46,495 nucleotides of DNA from Patescibacteria group bacterium (GTDB lineage: Bacteria > Patescibacteriota > Patescibacteriia > JAZDEU01), in the NCBI GenBank assembly GCA_042568285.1, contig JBHPIX010000003.1, forward strand, positions 1 to 46,495, in the 5' to 3' direction. Of the stretch, positions 1-8,909 are shown piece after piece. Within the stretch, counting starts at the first letter, position 1. Each line of letters opens with the position of its first letter. The notes under the pieces were generated by a model. That model worked only from the letters and a program-made list of their open reading frames with translations, ran no database searches and was not told the origin of the DNA. A program made the position numbers and the translations under genes.

Positions 1-1742
1 TCTTCCTCGCGCATTTTCTGTCCTCTAAAATTTACAGGTCCATTCTTCATTGCTTGAAAAATAGATACTTCATTTTCTTCTTTTTTTTCTACTTTAATAT
101 CACTCAGGCTTATCTCTTTTTCTTCCAAATTAGTATCATTTAATTCATTTTTAGTACTAATAACTTCTTTATCAGCTTTAGATGACGCAAGGAGAGGATT
201 AAAAACTATTGTTCCTTTTCTAATTTTTTTCAAACATTTTTTACAAAAAACGGGTCTTTTTCCATCAGGTTCAAAATTTAAACGAATTTTTTCTTCGCAA
301 TTAGCGCAAACTGCTAAAAATTCTCCTTCAGCTAATGGTTCCTTATCATCTGCAGATTCTTCAGAATCTATCTTATCATTATCTTTATTTACTTTTTTAG
401 TAGAAGTATTATCAACTTCTGTAAGTTTTCTATTATTCACAATTTTATTTTCATTCATATCCATCCCACTCCATTCAGCTATTTTTGCCTCCATATCCTC
501 CCTTTTAGTAGCATATCTTTCACGAGAAAGATTGATAATATTTTCTTTATTATTTGTAATTTCATTCTGCATTAATGGTGGTAATCCAGTAGCTGAAAAC
601 GGATCAGTTGAAATCCCATCAACCATCAACTTCATATAGCAATCCCATTTTTTAATGTTCACTAAATCTTCTTCTAAAAAAGTTGGGGTAAATTCCTTAA
701 CTAACTCTTCTGCGTCTTGAGCGCCAATTCTAAATGTTACAATTGTGCCTACATTGCCAAAAACAGCTGCTTGAACTGTTTCATCTAACTGTTCAATATA
801 TTGATGCGCGACAATTAAATTCAACCTATATTTTCTTGCCTCTGATAAAATATTCGCGAAACTTTCTGTGGCGAAATTTTGAAATTCATCTACATATAAA
901 TAAAAATCTTTCCTCTTATCTTCTTTCATATCAATTCTATCCATAACAGCCAATTGAATTTTAGTAATCATCATAGCTCCAAGCAAACTTGAAGTATCTT
1001 CGCCTATTCTTCCTTTTGATAAATTCATCAGCAAAATTTTCTGATTATCCATAATATCTCTCATATCAAAAGTAGATTTAACTTGACCTACAACATTACG
1101 GATCAAAAAATTAGATAAAAATTGACCTACTTTATTCTGAATTGGATTAATTGCTTCTGCCTGAAATTTATCAGGATATTTAGAATATTCATCAACCCAA
1201 AACGATTTAACAACAGGATCTTTAATATTGCTTATCATTTTTTTTCTATAACTTTTATCAACTAATATCCTCATTATCCCTAATAAAGTCGTTCCTTCAT
1301 TATCCATTAAAGCTAAAACAGCATTTCTTAAAACATATTCTAATCTCGGCCCCCAAGTATCAGCCCATAATTTTTTAAATATACCAATCAATCCTGAAGC
1401 CACTAAATGTTTATGCCCTATATCCAGACTCTCCAAAGGATTAAATCCAATTGGATATTCCATATCAGCTGGATTAAAATAAATGACATCATCAAGCCTA
1501 TTTGAAGGTATATATTCAAGCACTTTTTCAACTAAATCCCCATGAGGATCAACAACAGCAACGCCATTCCCTGCTTTAATATCAGAAATAATCATATTTT
1601 CTAACATTGTTGACTTACCCATTCCAGTTTTACCAATTAAATACATATGACGTCTTCTGTCATCTCTTTTAATTCCAAAACGTTTCTGCTCATTGCGGAA
1701 GTTTGTTTCTGCGAAAAGTGTTATATCGTTGTTATTATTCAT
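1..1742 (-). CDS. VirD4/TraG-like P-loop ATPase (type IV secretion coupling-protein type) with CxxC...CxxC zinc ribbon near the C-terminus; 3' end runs off the window
   Basis: Own translation from ATG at 1742: MNNNNDITLFAETNFRNEQKRFGIKRDDRRRHMYLIGKTGMGKSTMLENMII..VAVVDPHGDL. Walker A is GKTGMGKS. Mid-ORF reads YLYVDEFQNFAT..SEARKYRLNLIVAHQYIEQL. Around 240-320 it reads CANCEEKIRLNFEPDGKRPVFCKKC. The frame was open wherever I checked, down to position 3. It is absent from the ORF track because there is no stop inside the window. Confidence 0.7.
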   Translation of the reverse strand, partial: MNNNNDITLFAETNFRNEQKRFGIKRDDRRRHMYLIGKTGMGKSTMLENMIISDIKAGNGVAVVDPHGDLVEKVLEYIPSNRLDDVIYFNPADMEYPIGFNPLESLDIGHKHLVASGLIGIFKKLWADTWGPRLEYVLRNAVLALMDNEGTTLLGIMRILVDKSYRKKMISNIKDPVVKSFWVDEYSKYPDKFQAEAINPIQNKVGQFLSNFLIRNVVGQVKSTFDMRDIMDNQKILLMNLSKGRIGEDTSSLLGAMMITKIQLAVMDRIDMKEDKRKDFYLYVDEFQNFATESFANILSEARKYRLNLIVAHQYIEQLDETVQAAVFGNVGTIVTFRIGAQDAEELVKEFTPTFLEEDLVNIKKWDCYMKLMVDGISTDPFSATGLPPLMQNEITNNKENIINLSRERYATKREDMEAKIAEWSGMDMNENKIVNNRKLTEVDNTSTKKVNKDNDKIDSEESADDKEPLAEGEFLAVCANCEEKIRLNFEPDGKRPVFCKKCLKKIRKGTIVFNPLLASSKADKEVISTKNELNDTNLEEKEISLSDIKVEKKEENEVSIFQAMKNGPVNFRGQKMREE

Positions 1743-1816
1743 AATGTATATAATCCGAACCTACAAATTAATTCCTATTGAGCTATTTCCTCCCCGCATC
1801 ATCCTGCTTCCATCGC

Positions 1817-2035
1817 GTCATCCTGAGCTTGCCCGCCGATTCGGCGAGGCTTGCCGAAGGATCTCTCTGTCCATTGCGTCAATTCTCGGGATTCTTGTGC
1901 CACCGCTAAAGCTAAGGCGACACGCGGTCGTTGCTACTCAGAATGACGCTATATGCTTTGTAATTTGTTATTGATTATTGGTTATTTTTTTAAAATTCCC
2001 GTCTCGACTTGGCTGTCCGAGCCGAGGCGGATAAA
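1817..2035. repeat. Intergenic block of GC-rich palindromic mini-repeats (families A and C)
   Basis: Contains a gtcatcctgagc..gaaggatc unit, a ..cagaatgac unit and cccgtctcgacttggctgtccgagccgaggcgga. The family C core GTCCGCCTCGGC..CGAGACGGG recurs near 8812, 18183, 28577, 32652, 37418, 43035 and 43606. Confidence 0.85.
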
Positions 2036-2064
2036 ATTTAAAATTTGAAATTGTTGCCCCCCCC

Positions 2065-3477
2065 CTATTCAAATGGCAAATTAGCGGGAGGAGCGCCTTT
2101 TACCTCCTCCTCTTCTCCATTTTTTTTACTATCATCCTCATCTATTTCGCGCTTTTCGTGTTTAGGTAAATTATAAGGCGGTTCAGCTTTTCTAACCTCT
2201 GTTTTTCTAATCAAAGGCGTCTTAACTTGCTCCATAGGAAAATGCCATAAAGTAGCTAATTCTTCTATATTTAAAATCCCTATTTTAGCTGTTCCTCTTC
2301 CAAAACTTCTTAATTTATAAGCAGCCATCAATTTAGTCTGCCTTATAGCCACTCTAGTCTTCTTAAAAAAATAATTGACTTTTGTAATAATTCTTTGCTG
2401 TTCTGGTTTAATAGAATTTTTATCATTTGTATTAAATTGTTTTATAGCGCCAAAAATTCCAGAAACTCCTCTTTGTTTTGAAAAAACCTCTTTTTTACCA
2501 ATATACATTTGCCTAATTTTAGTTTCATAGCCTATTTTAGCAGCCTTTTTTTGAATACCAGAAATAATTTCCTTATCTCCTTCAGTCAAATTCATAACTA
2601 TATTATACATTTCATTTTTTTTCTTATCTTCAGAACCGTCAACCCCTGATTCAGGCACAATAATTTGCCCCATAGAATCAGCCACTGAATGCAAGCCACC
2701 TAATAAACTATCAATTGCTTTAGTAGGCAATGCCTTGCTTGATGGCGCAACTTCTTTAATGAGAGATCTAACTTCTTTATCAGATTTGGCTGTCCAATCC
2801 TGATTTATTGGATTGATAAGTATCTGCAACCATGCCTGTTCGCCATTCTGCAATTTACTCATCATTTCTAAAAGCGCCGCCATAGGATCCTTCATCTCTT
2901 TGCTTATGCTATGTTCAAACTCATCATACATTCTAATTGGATAACAATTTGGCTTAACTAAAATTAGCTCTGTTCCCCAAAAATCATATTCTTCATTTGG
3001 ATATTTTTGTGGTAATTTATCAACATAATCCTCAATTTCAGTTATTTCAGCGTCATGATACTGAGCGTATATTGCTGCCTCTACTAAATCTCTAAAAACT
3101 TCTGGCGTATATATTAAAAATTGCACATATCCGCCAATGCTAATTATTTCTAAACTAAACCATGGCTGGACATATCCATCCCAATATTTTTCAAGAAAAT
3201 TAGGAGTTGAATGAGCGCCAGCCAATTGCGCAAAAATCTGCTCAACCGCTTTAGGGGTTTGCAGATTATTTTTAGGAACATCAATAGCTAATAAAACAAA
3301 TTTAATTTGATCAACAAATTGATCCTGAATAAAATTCATCCAAACTTTCCATAAACCCCAAATAAGCACAAAAACTATAGGCACCCATCCAAACATCCTG
3401 AAAAGATGTAAAGCAATAATAAAAGGGTGCTTGCTACCTAATGTATATAATATAGTTGGATCAATTACAATATTCAT
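2065..3477 (-). CDS. Hypothetical membrane protein encoded upstream of the VirD4-like ATPase
   Basis: 470-aa ORF. Hydrophobic N-terminal segments (FIIALHLFRMFGWVPIVFVLIWGLW) and an acidic C-terminal tail. Same strand as, and adjacent to, the ATPase gene. Confidence 0.6.
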   Translation of the reverse strand: MNIVIDPTILYTLGSKHPFIIALHLFRMFGWVPIVFVLIWGLWKVWMNFIQDQFVDQIKFVLLAIDVPKNNLQTPKAVEQIFAQLAGAHSTPNFLEKYWDGYVQPWFSLEIISIGGYVQFLIYTPEVFRDLVEAAIYAQYHDAEITEIEDYVDKLPQKYPNEEYDFWGTELILVKPNCYPIRMYDEFEHSISKEMKDPMAALLEMMSKLQNGEQAWLQILINPINQDWTAKSDKEVRSLIKEVAPSSKALPTKAIDSLLGGLHSVADSMGQIIVPESGVDGSEDKKKNEMYNIVMNLTEGDKEIISGIQKKAAKIGYETKIRQMYIGKKEVFSKQRGVSGIFGAIKQFNTNDKNSIKPEQQRIITKVNYFFKKTRVAIRQTKLMAAYKLRSFGRGTAKIGILNIEELATLWHFPMEQVKTPLIRKTEVRKAEPPYNLPKHEKREIDEDDSKKNGEEEEVKGAPPANLPFE

Positions 3478-3540
3478 TTTAAATACAAAAAATTATGTAA
3501 AATTTAAACTTCCCCACCTTAACAAGAGGCAGATAAGTGT

Positions 3541-3625
3541 CGCCCCCCTCCTTTCGGAGGAGGCCTGCCCGCCGAATTGGAGGGGGGTAGGCCTGCCCGC
3601 CGTATTGGCGGGGGGAGGTGTGATT
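3541..3625. repeat. GC-rich palindromic repeats (family D: GCCTGCCCGCCGnATTGGnGGGGGG, two tandem units)
   Basis: cgcccccctcctttcggaggaggcctgcccgccgaattggaggggggtaggcctgcccgccgtattggcggggggaggtgtga. Related copies near 5130-5190, 31255-31300, 39445-39480, 39775-39825 and 43525-43545. Confidence 0.85.
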
Positions 3626-3650
3626 GAGTTAGCTAACAATAAATCAGTTT

Positions 3651-4880
3651 CTACACCAAGCTATATTTATTTTTATCATCCTTGCTAAAAATATTACGAT
3701 TAGTTAAGGATAAAAGAATAGTTGCTTTTCTAACCATTCTCTGAGAGAAGACTTTATCAATAATTTCATTTTTGCTAAGAGGTCTATTTTCTTTTTTAAG
3801 TATTTCTTTAATAACTTGAATCACTGTACCATCATTATACCCCCAATTACGCAAAGCGTAAACACCCCTGCCAACTAAAATATATTTATTGTCTAGAATT
3901 AGCTCATTATGTATAGTCGCTGGATATGCTACTTTTTTATCAAATGATACTTCATTAATTTTTTCAGCAATTTCTGTAAAATGAAGTGGCTTTTGATGTT
4001 GTTCAAGCACTAAATAAATTTTATCATTCATTCTTTTAGGAATAATTTGAACCCATTCTTTTAATCCCCATTGAGATAAAATATTTTCAGCTGTGCTTTT
4101 ACTAATATTTAAATGAGACGCGATAATTTTTTTAATTTTATCTGATTTGTTATTATCATCTTCAGGAACATAAAAAGCCGATAAAATATAATCTTTAAAA
4201 ATTTTATCTTCTTCTACTTTTATTTTTTCTATCTGAGTTGATAATTCATCTAACTGAATTGGTTTGCCATGATTATTCAAAAAATTTGTTATATGATCTA
4301 TGGATAATCTTATATTCTCAGAATTTATTTCTTTTAAATGCCAAAATGGTTCAAATGATCCATTATTACATAATTTATGCCATTTATCTTTTAACAAAAA
4401 AATCATTATAAAAAGCAAATTATTTTTATTAACTTCGCAGTTTTCCTTGGTTTCAAAAATAACTTCGCTATTTTCATAATCAAAAAAATTCAAAATGCTC
4501 TCTAAAAGCAAATCTTCCCTCATTAATCCACCATATTTCTGTAACATTTCAGTAATTGCTACTTCTGTTTCACTTAAGTTACCTAGAATAGATTCCTTTG
4601 CCATTGCTTCTATCTTTTTAATTCCGCTCAATTCTATTTGACGAATTCTTTCCCTTGTAATCCCATATTTTCTACCTATACTTTCCAATGTTTCCCTTGG
4701 CTTGCCATCAAGGGCAAATCTCCTGCGAACAACCTCCTGCTCCCTTTTTAACAATTTTCTCAATAACAAAGAAACCACCTCCGCAGGGTATAATTTTTCA
4801 TTTTGTTTTTTTTGATCATTCATAGAATATATAGAAAACAGTGTTGACAAGCTGGGCACTGTATTTAAGATAATAAACAA
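3651..4880 (-). CDS. Sigma-70 region-4-like HTH protein with a C-terminal winged-helix (HARE-HTH-like) module
   Basis: QEVVRRRFALDGKPRETLESIGRKYGITRERIRQIELSGIKKI is a region 4.2-type HTH. The C-terminal part reads FTEIAEKINE..ILVGRGVYALRNWGY. The more likely start is ATG at 4823 (MNDQKKQ). Confidence 0.6.
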   Translation of the reverse strand: MFIILNTVPSLSTLFSIYSMNDQKKQNEKLYPAEVVSLLLRKLLKREQEVVRRRFALDGKPRETLESIGRKYGITRERIRQIELSGIKKIEAMAKESILGNLSETEVAITEMLQKYGGLMREDLLLESILNFFDYENSEVIFETKENCEVNKNNLLFIMIFLLKDKWHKLCNNGSFEPFWHLKEINSENIRLSIDHITNFLNNHGKPIQLDELSTQIEKIKVEEDKIFKDYILSAFYVPEDDNNKSDKIKKIIASHLNISKSTAENILSQWGLKEWVQIIPKRMNDKIYLVLEQHQKPLHFTEIAEKINEVSFDKKVAYPATIHNELILDNKYILVGRGVYALRNWGYNDGTVIQVIKEILKKENRPLSKNEIIDKVFSQRMVRKATILLSLTNRNIFSKDDKNKYSLV

Positions 4881-5129
4881 GGGAAATTAGCTTAGCAAGT
4901 TCCCCTCTAATAGAGGGGACAGGGGTGTGTCGAAGTTAGCGGATGGATATTACTCATTAGCTGGGGTGGTGCTTTCGTATATTCAGAAAATTCCACTATA
5001 TCCCCAGTATGGCATATTCTTTTATAAAAGTCAAGAACAATGCCTATTTAATGCTTGACAAACCGCTATTTCTTTGCTATAAATAGCTATATCCACAAAT
5101 TTTTGGGGTTATGGGGGCTTATCATATAC

Positions 5130-5230
5130 GCCCCCCTCCTCCCTGAGGAGGGGGTTAGGCCTGCCCGCCGTGTTGGCGGGGGGTGGTGTGATTTCCCAGT
5201 TCCCCTCTTTGAGAGGGGTTAGGGGTGTGT
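5130..5230. repeat. GC-rich repeats (families D and B) in the 5' leader of the 5314-7087 cassette
   Basis: gcccccctcctccctgaggagggggttaggcctgcccgccgtgttggcggggggtggtgtga followed by agttcccctctttgagaggggttaggggtgtgt. A candidate promoter lies upstream: TTGACA 5055-5060, 17 nt, TATAAA. Confidence 0.8.
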
Positions 5231-5313
5231 TTCTTTGACAATTTAACAAAAAAAAGCTGTTTTTACAGTATTTTAGTATTTTTTATAAACTTTTAACAAA
5301 AAGGAGAAAAAAA

Positions 5314-5718
5314 ATGAACCACAGGCTAATTTCCTTAAATGCACAAGGAATAACAAAAAAAGAAAAAGGAATTCCTTTATCTTTAGAAATCAGCAGAAAA
5401 GACGACAAAATTATCTTTACTGGTCATTTTCATGAGTCTAACGACAGTAGTATTCAGAAAAATTGTGAACAAGTAAAAAATGCTTTAACAAAAAATGATA
5501 CTGCGCAGGAAATAACATATCTAATATGGAAAATGAAAATTGGTCTTGCTATGCAAAAAGTAGGAGTAGCATTTAATAAACAAAAACAACATGTGTGTAT
5601 TATATTTCCGCATAGAGAAGATAGTCCATATATTAATTATATTAATTTATATGTTAATTATCAAGAATTTATCAATGCATTAGAAAATCTACTGGATTTT
5701 CACCCTAACTCGCGCTAA
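5314..5718 (+). CDS. Hypothetical protein, first gene of the paralogous small-protein cassette
   Basis: RBS aaaggagaaaaaaaATG. The C-terminal motif YINLYVNYQEFINALENLLD resembles the C-termini of the next three ORFs. Confidence 0.6.
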   Translation: MNHRLISLNAQGITKKEKGIPLSLEISRKDDKIIFTGHFHESNDSSIQKNCEQVKNALTKNDTAQEITYLIWKMKIGLAMQKVGVAFNKQKQHVCIIFPHREDSPYINYINLYVNYQEFINALENLLDFHPNSR

Positions 5719-5766
5719 ATTAAGGCGCGCAGATATCAAAACTTTTTAACAAAAAAGGGGGGAAAA

Positions 5767-6147
5767 GTGGAAATAACAAAATTTGATGGAATTTGGCTTG
5801 ATTGCGAGCAGAATATTTTGGGAGTGCCGTATGATGCAAAAATAATTCTCTTGCGAATAGGGAATGAGGTCTTTATGTCGTTTTATTCAGTAGATATGAT
5901 AAACTTGTATGCCTCATGTCATAAGCATATAGTTCATTTCTCTAGAAATGAAAAAAAGATATATTTAAATGAAGGCAAGATTAATAAAGACGCAATTTTA
6001 GAATTTTCAGCTGATCAGGTTGCCATTAAGGCATTAGAATGTTCAGCTGAGAATGTCGCCATTAAAGCGACTGAAAGTTGCGCATATATTATAAATCGCC
6101 AAAATTTTGAAGAAGCGATTAACCAACTAATGGGGGTAAGCAAATGA
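5767..6147 (+). CDS. Hypothetical protein, paralog of 6663..7013
   Basis: GTG start after aaaagggggg. Shared motifs: GIWLDCEQ..DAKIILLRIGNEVFMSFYSVDM..CH..YIINRQNFEEAINQLMGV here, versus CIWLDCDE..DAKLVILRIGQQIFLMFYSVAM..CH..YIINRKKFEEAIDKLMEV in the paralog. Confidence 0.65.
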   Translation: MEITKFDGIWLDCEQNILGVPYDAKIILLRIGNEVFMSFYSVDMINLYASCHKHIVHFSRNEKKIYLNEGKINKDAILEFSADQVAIKALECSAENVAIKATESCAYIINRQNFEEAINQLMGVSK

Positions 6148-6641
6148 AAGAAAGAAAATACACAGGTGTAGAAATAGAGGGAACTAATGGAAAAGTAGCA
6201 TTTATAAAGTATCAAAATAGCATTATTGTTATAATGAATGCAGAACTTAGTAAAATCAGTGAAATTTTTATGGGTTCTATGGAAACTTTCAAAAACGCAA
6301 TACCTAATGAGCAAACTATTGAATGTGGATGCGGAAAAATTTCTTTTGAAGGAGAATATGCAAATGTTCAACGTTATAGCACAATTGCTATATACAAGGA
6401 GGAACTAAAAAATGCGTTTCAAATTATTTTTGAAACCAAGGAAAACTGCGGAACATGCGGAGTCGCGCCAGGAGAGCTTCATAACCAAGGATGCGATTTA
6501 GAAAAATGTCCTCTTTGTAAAGACAATCGCCAGTTAATTTCCTGTAATTGCCAAGGTATTATATGCAGGCACCAAAAATGGAAAAACATTAAAGGCACAT
6601 GGATGCCACCTAACAAAGACCGCGTCCCTTGGAGCGGTTGA
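6144..6641 (+). CDS. Hypothetical protein with a Cys/His-rich (zinc-ribbon-like) C-terminal module
   Basis: ATGA overlap with the upstream ORF. C-terminal sequence is CGTCGVAPGELHNQGCDLEKCPLCKDNRQLISCNCQ..DRVPWSG. The middle region (IAIYKEELKNAFQIIFE) resembles the cassette motif. Confidence 0.6.
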   Translation: MKERKYTGVEIEGTNGKVAFIKYQNSIIVIMNAELSKISEIFMGSMETFKNAIPNEQTIECGCGKISFEGEYANVQRYSTIAIYKEELKNAFQIIFETKENCGTCGVAPGELHNQGCDLEKCPLCKDNRQLISCNCQGIICRHQKWKNIKGTWMPPNKDRVPWSG

Positions 6642-6662
6642 TTAACAACAAAGGAGAAAAAG

Positions 6663-7013
6663 ATGATGGAAAGAAAAAAAATTGATTGTATTTGGCTTGA
6701 CTGCGATGAATCTCTACATGAAACGCAGGACGACGCAAAATTAGTTATATTGCGAATAGGACAGCAAATTTTTCTTATGTTTTATTCAGTAGCTATGTTA
6801 AAGCTACATAACACATGTCATGCTAATACTATATGTTTTCAAAAAAAGAATCATGAAATTGAATTAAACCCGTCTGGCTTTTTAGAATACATGGGGATTA
6901 TAATTAGCCTACAAATAAATTCTGACTGTTATTATATTATAAATCGCAAAAAATTTGAGGAGGCGATTGACAAATTAATGGAGGTCCAAAAATGTTCGGT
7001 TTCAGCGAAATAG
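6663..7013 (+). CDS. Hypothetical protein, paralog of 5767..6147
   Basis: RBS aaaggagaaaaagATG. See the shared motifs listed for 5767..6147. Confidence 0.65.
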   Translation: MMERKKIDCIWLDCDESLHETQDDAKLVILRIGQQIFLMFYSVAMLKLHNTCHANTICFQKKNHEIELNPSGFLEYMGIIISLQINSDCYYIINRKKFEEAIDKLMEVQKCSVSAK

Positions 7014-7087
7014 TTCTTGTGTTGACGATCTTTTTTGTAATATTAAGCATTGTCTTTATTGTAAAAAGCAAAAAGACAAGCAAATAA
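6992..7087 (+). CDS. 31-aa single-pass membrane peptide (not in the ORF track), last gene of the cassette
   Basis: GGAGG lies 7 nt upstream of ATG 6992. Peptide is MFGFSEIVLVLTIFFVILSIVFIVKSKKTSK. It overlaps the end of the previous ORF and is followed by a 10-bp hairpin. Confidence 0.55.
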   Translation: MFGFSEIVLVLTIFFVILSIVFIVKSKKTSK

Positions 7088-7094
7088 ACGAGTA

Positions 7095-7128
7095 GGGCTT
7101 TGGAAAAATTATTTTTCATCCAAAGCCC
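7095..7128 (+). terminator. Hairpin after the cassette (GGGCTTTGGA / TCCAAAGCCC)
   Basis: Perfect 10-bp stem. The downstream tract tctcttcttcc is pyrimidine-rich but is not a clean T-run. Confidence 0.45.
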
Positions 7129-7198
7129 TCTCTTCTTCCTTTAGCTCACTAAGATAGCAAATTCACAGACTGTCTAAAATGAAATAAACATCCTTTTT

Positions 7199-7286
7199 GT
7201 CATTCCGCACTTGATGCGGAATCCAAAAATTAACTGGATCCCGTGTCAAGCACGGGATGACAAGAATGTATCAAGCGCGGGATGAC
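7199..7286. repeat. Family A hairpin repeats, three units (GTCATYCCGnnCTTGAnnCGGRATCC type)
   Basis: gtcattccgcacttgatgcggaatcc .. ggatcccgtgtcaagcacgggatgac .. caagcgcgggatgac. Other family A clusters: 9531-9556, 13619-13699, 15733-15791, 16241-16403, 19808-19871, 23734-23771, 27061-27133, 33556-33647, 36160-36261, 37389-37520, 39610-39688 and 45749-45804. Copies inside CDSs are at 11197-11359, 32594-32746 and 33171-33235. Confidence 0.9.
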
Positions 7287-7381
7287 AAAAGACAGTTTAA
7301 ATTATAGCTAAAAATTATTAGCGGGCTGAAGACGAGAAAATAAAAGGAACAAAAATTTTTGTTCCCTACATTAAAAAAATA

Positions 7382-7645
7382 TTATCTATAAACATCCTTG
7401 CGATGCTTCACACGCAAAAGTTGAATTTTATCAGTATGAATAAACTGAAAAATCACCCTCCAATCACGGGTAATACGAAAAGAAAGAAGACCAGAAATTT
7501 CTCCTGTTAACCGTTTAGTATGTAAAAGTGGATGAAATGGATTTTCTTGCATCCGTTCAAGTAATTGAGATAATTTCACTTGTTGAAATTTTGGCAATTG
7601 CTTAGCTGACTTAAGAAAATCACGATGAAAGGCAATTTGAGTCAT
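7382..7645 (-). CDS. RelE/ParE-superfamily type II toxin
   Basis: 87 aa. LSFRITRDWRVIFQF..IQLLRVKHRKDVY is typical of RelE/ParE-fold toxins. It overlaps the upstream small ORF by 4 nt. Confidence 0.7.
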   Translation of the reverse strand: MTQIAFHRDFLKSAKQLPKFQQVKLSQLLERMQENPFHPLLHTKRLTGEISGLLSFRITRDWRVIFQFIHTDKIQLLRVKHRKDVYR

Positions 7646-7878
7646 ATTCTATTAAGTTCTTCTAAAAAAGATTTGCCATTACCAAATGAATTAGTTGGAT
7701 TTTCTTTTGTAGCTTTTAACATTTCTTGAACAAATTTCGGATTGTATTTGCCTTCATTATCTTCACCGAGCATACTAATAAGACAAGAACGGAGAAGTCC
7801 AACTTCTTGCTTAAGAATTTTGATTTCGCTGATTTTATCGCGAGTACGAACTGTTTTGTTTAAAGTTTTTTGTAGCAT
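7642..7878 (-). CDS. Putative cognate antitoxin
   Basis: 78-aa ORF, translationally coupled (ATGA overlap) to the toxin gene. Confidence 0.55.
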   Translation of the reverse strand: MLQKTLNKTVRTRDKISEIKILKQEVGLLRSCLISMLGEDNEGKYNPKFVQEMLKATKENPTNSFGNGKSFLEELNRI

Positions 7879-7932
7879 ATAATTAAGTTTATTATTTTAA
7901 AAAATAATGTATAAGATAATATGGATGGATTT

Positions 7933-8181
7933 TTAGACAGTTTCTAAAGCATGTTTATGAAGCAAAATTTCTTTTTTTCCGATAAGATGCTTCGCCTTGT
8001 CTAAGAATTTACTGGCTTCTAAAATTTCTATCAAAACAGGAACATTATTTGCGGTAAAATGGACAACAACATTATCAATTTCTTTAGCGTAATCAATTGA
8101 TTTATTAGAAATTTCCCACATTAAAACATCTGCTTCTGGTTCATACGAAATTTTTGCCCTGTTTGTATTTTTAATTTTCAT
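7933..8181 (-). CDS. DUF2283-like small protein (putative antitoxin partner)
   Basis: ISYEPEADVLMWEI..VVVHF..VPVLIEILEASKFL matches my recollection of DUF2283 signatures. It overlaps the upstream ORF. Confidence 0.55.
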   Translation of the reverse strand: MKIKNTNRAKISYEPEADVLMWEISNKSIDYAKEIDNVVVHFTANNVPVLIEILEASKFLDKAKHLIGKKEILLHKHALETV

Positions 8182-8422
8182 ATTTTTTTATTCTACCTGG
8201 ATAGAATGTAATTATTTTTATATTTCTATTTTCCTTCTTATATACTACACGCAAAACATGGGTTTCATCAATCTTTCGTTGAGCAATTAAAAGAGGTAAG
8301 CGAGAATAATCAATAAAATCTGATTTTTCTAATGTTTCTAAAACGTCGCTCTTAGAAATAACAAAATTATGATTTCTTAAAATATCAAATTTATCCAAAG
8401 AATGTTTAGTAAAAACTATCAT
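8171..8422 (-). CDS. DUF4258-like small protein (putative toxin partner)
   Basis: 83 aa with an 11-nt overlap onto the DUF2283-like gene. The family assignment is from memory and is tentative. Confidence 0.45.
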   Translation of the reverse strand: MIVFTKHSLDKFDILRNHNFVISKSDVLETLEKSDFIDYSRLPLLIAQRKIDETHVLRVVYKKENRNIKIITFYPGRIKKYEN

Positions 8423-8544
8423 AAATCATAAAATTATTATACCATACTATATAATTATGTCAAAAAAAATAAACAAAATTACAAGGGCATCTTTACAACT
8501 ATCAAAAAATATGTTTACATATAATATACGCACTTTGACAAAAT

Positions 8545-8715
8545 TTATAAAAGGACAAAATTGGATGTTATCACGTAGTTTCCTGTGGCTATCTAAAAAT
8601 TATCATACATCCTGCCTGCCGATTCAATGATAGGTATTGGTCTGTTAGTTCCCCTCTTTTAGAGGGGTCAGGGGTGTGTAAAAAATCCATAGCGCCCAAT
8701 TTTGTCCTTTTATAA
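8545..8715. repeat. Element of about 170 bp bounded by perfect 20-bp inverted repeats (MITE-like)
   Basis: TTATAAAAGGACAAAATTGG at 8545-8564 is the exact reverse complement of 8696-8715. The interior carries a family B unit, agttcccctcttttagaggggtcaggggtgtgt. Confidence 0.7.
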
Positions 8716-8909
8716 CAACATATTTTATAAATCCTAAAAAGAAAGGAGGGAGAGTGATTTTAGATTTTAAGTTCCTGCTGGAACACGCGAATTGACGCGA
8801 ATTGGAACACCCGTCTCGACTAGGCCGAGCCGAGGCGGACGAATTAACGCGAATAGGGAGGGGAAGATTTTTGATAATCCACACAAAAATAAACAAAAAA
8901 GGAGAAAAA

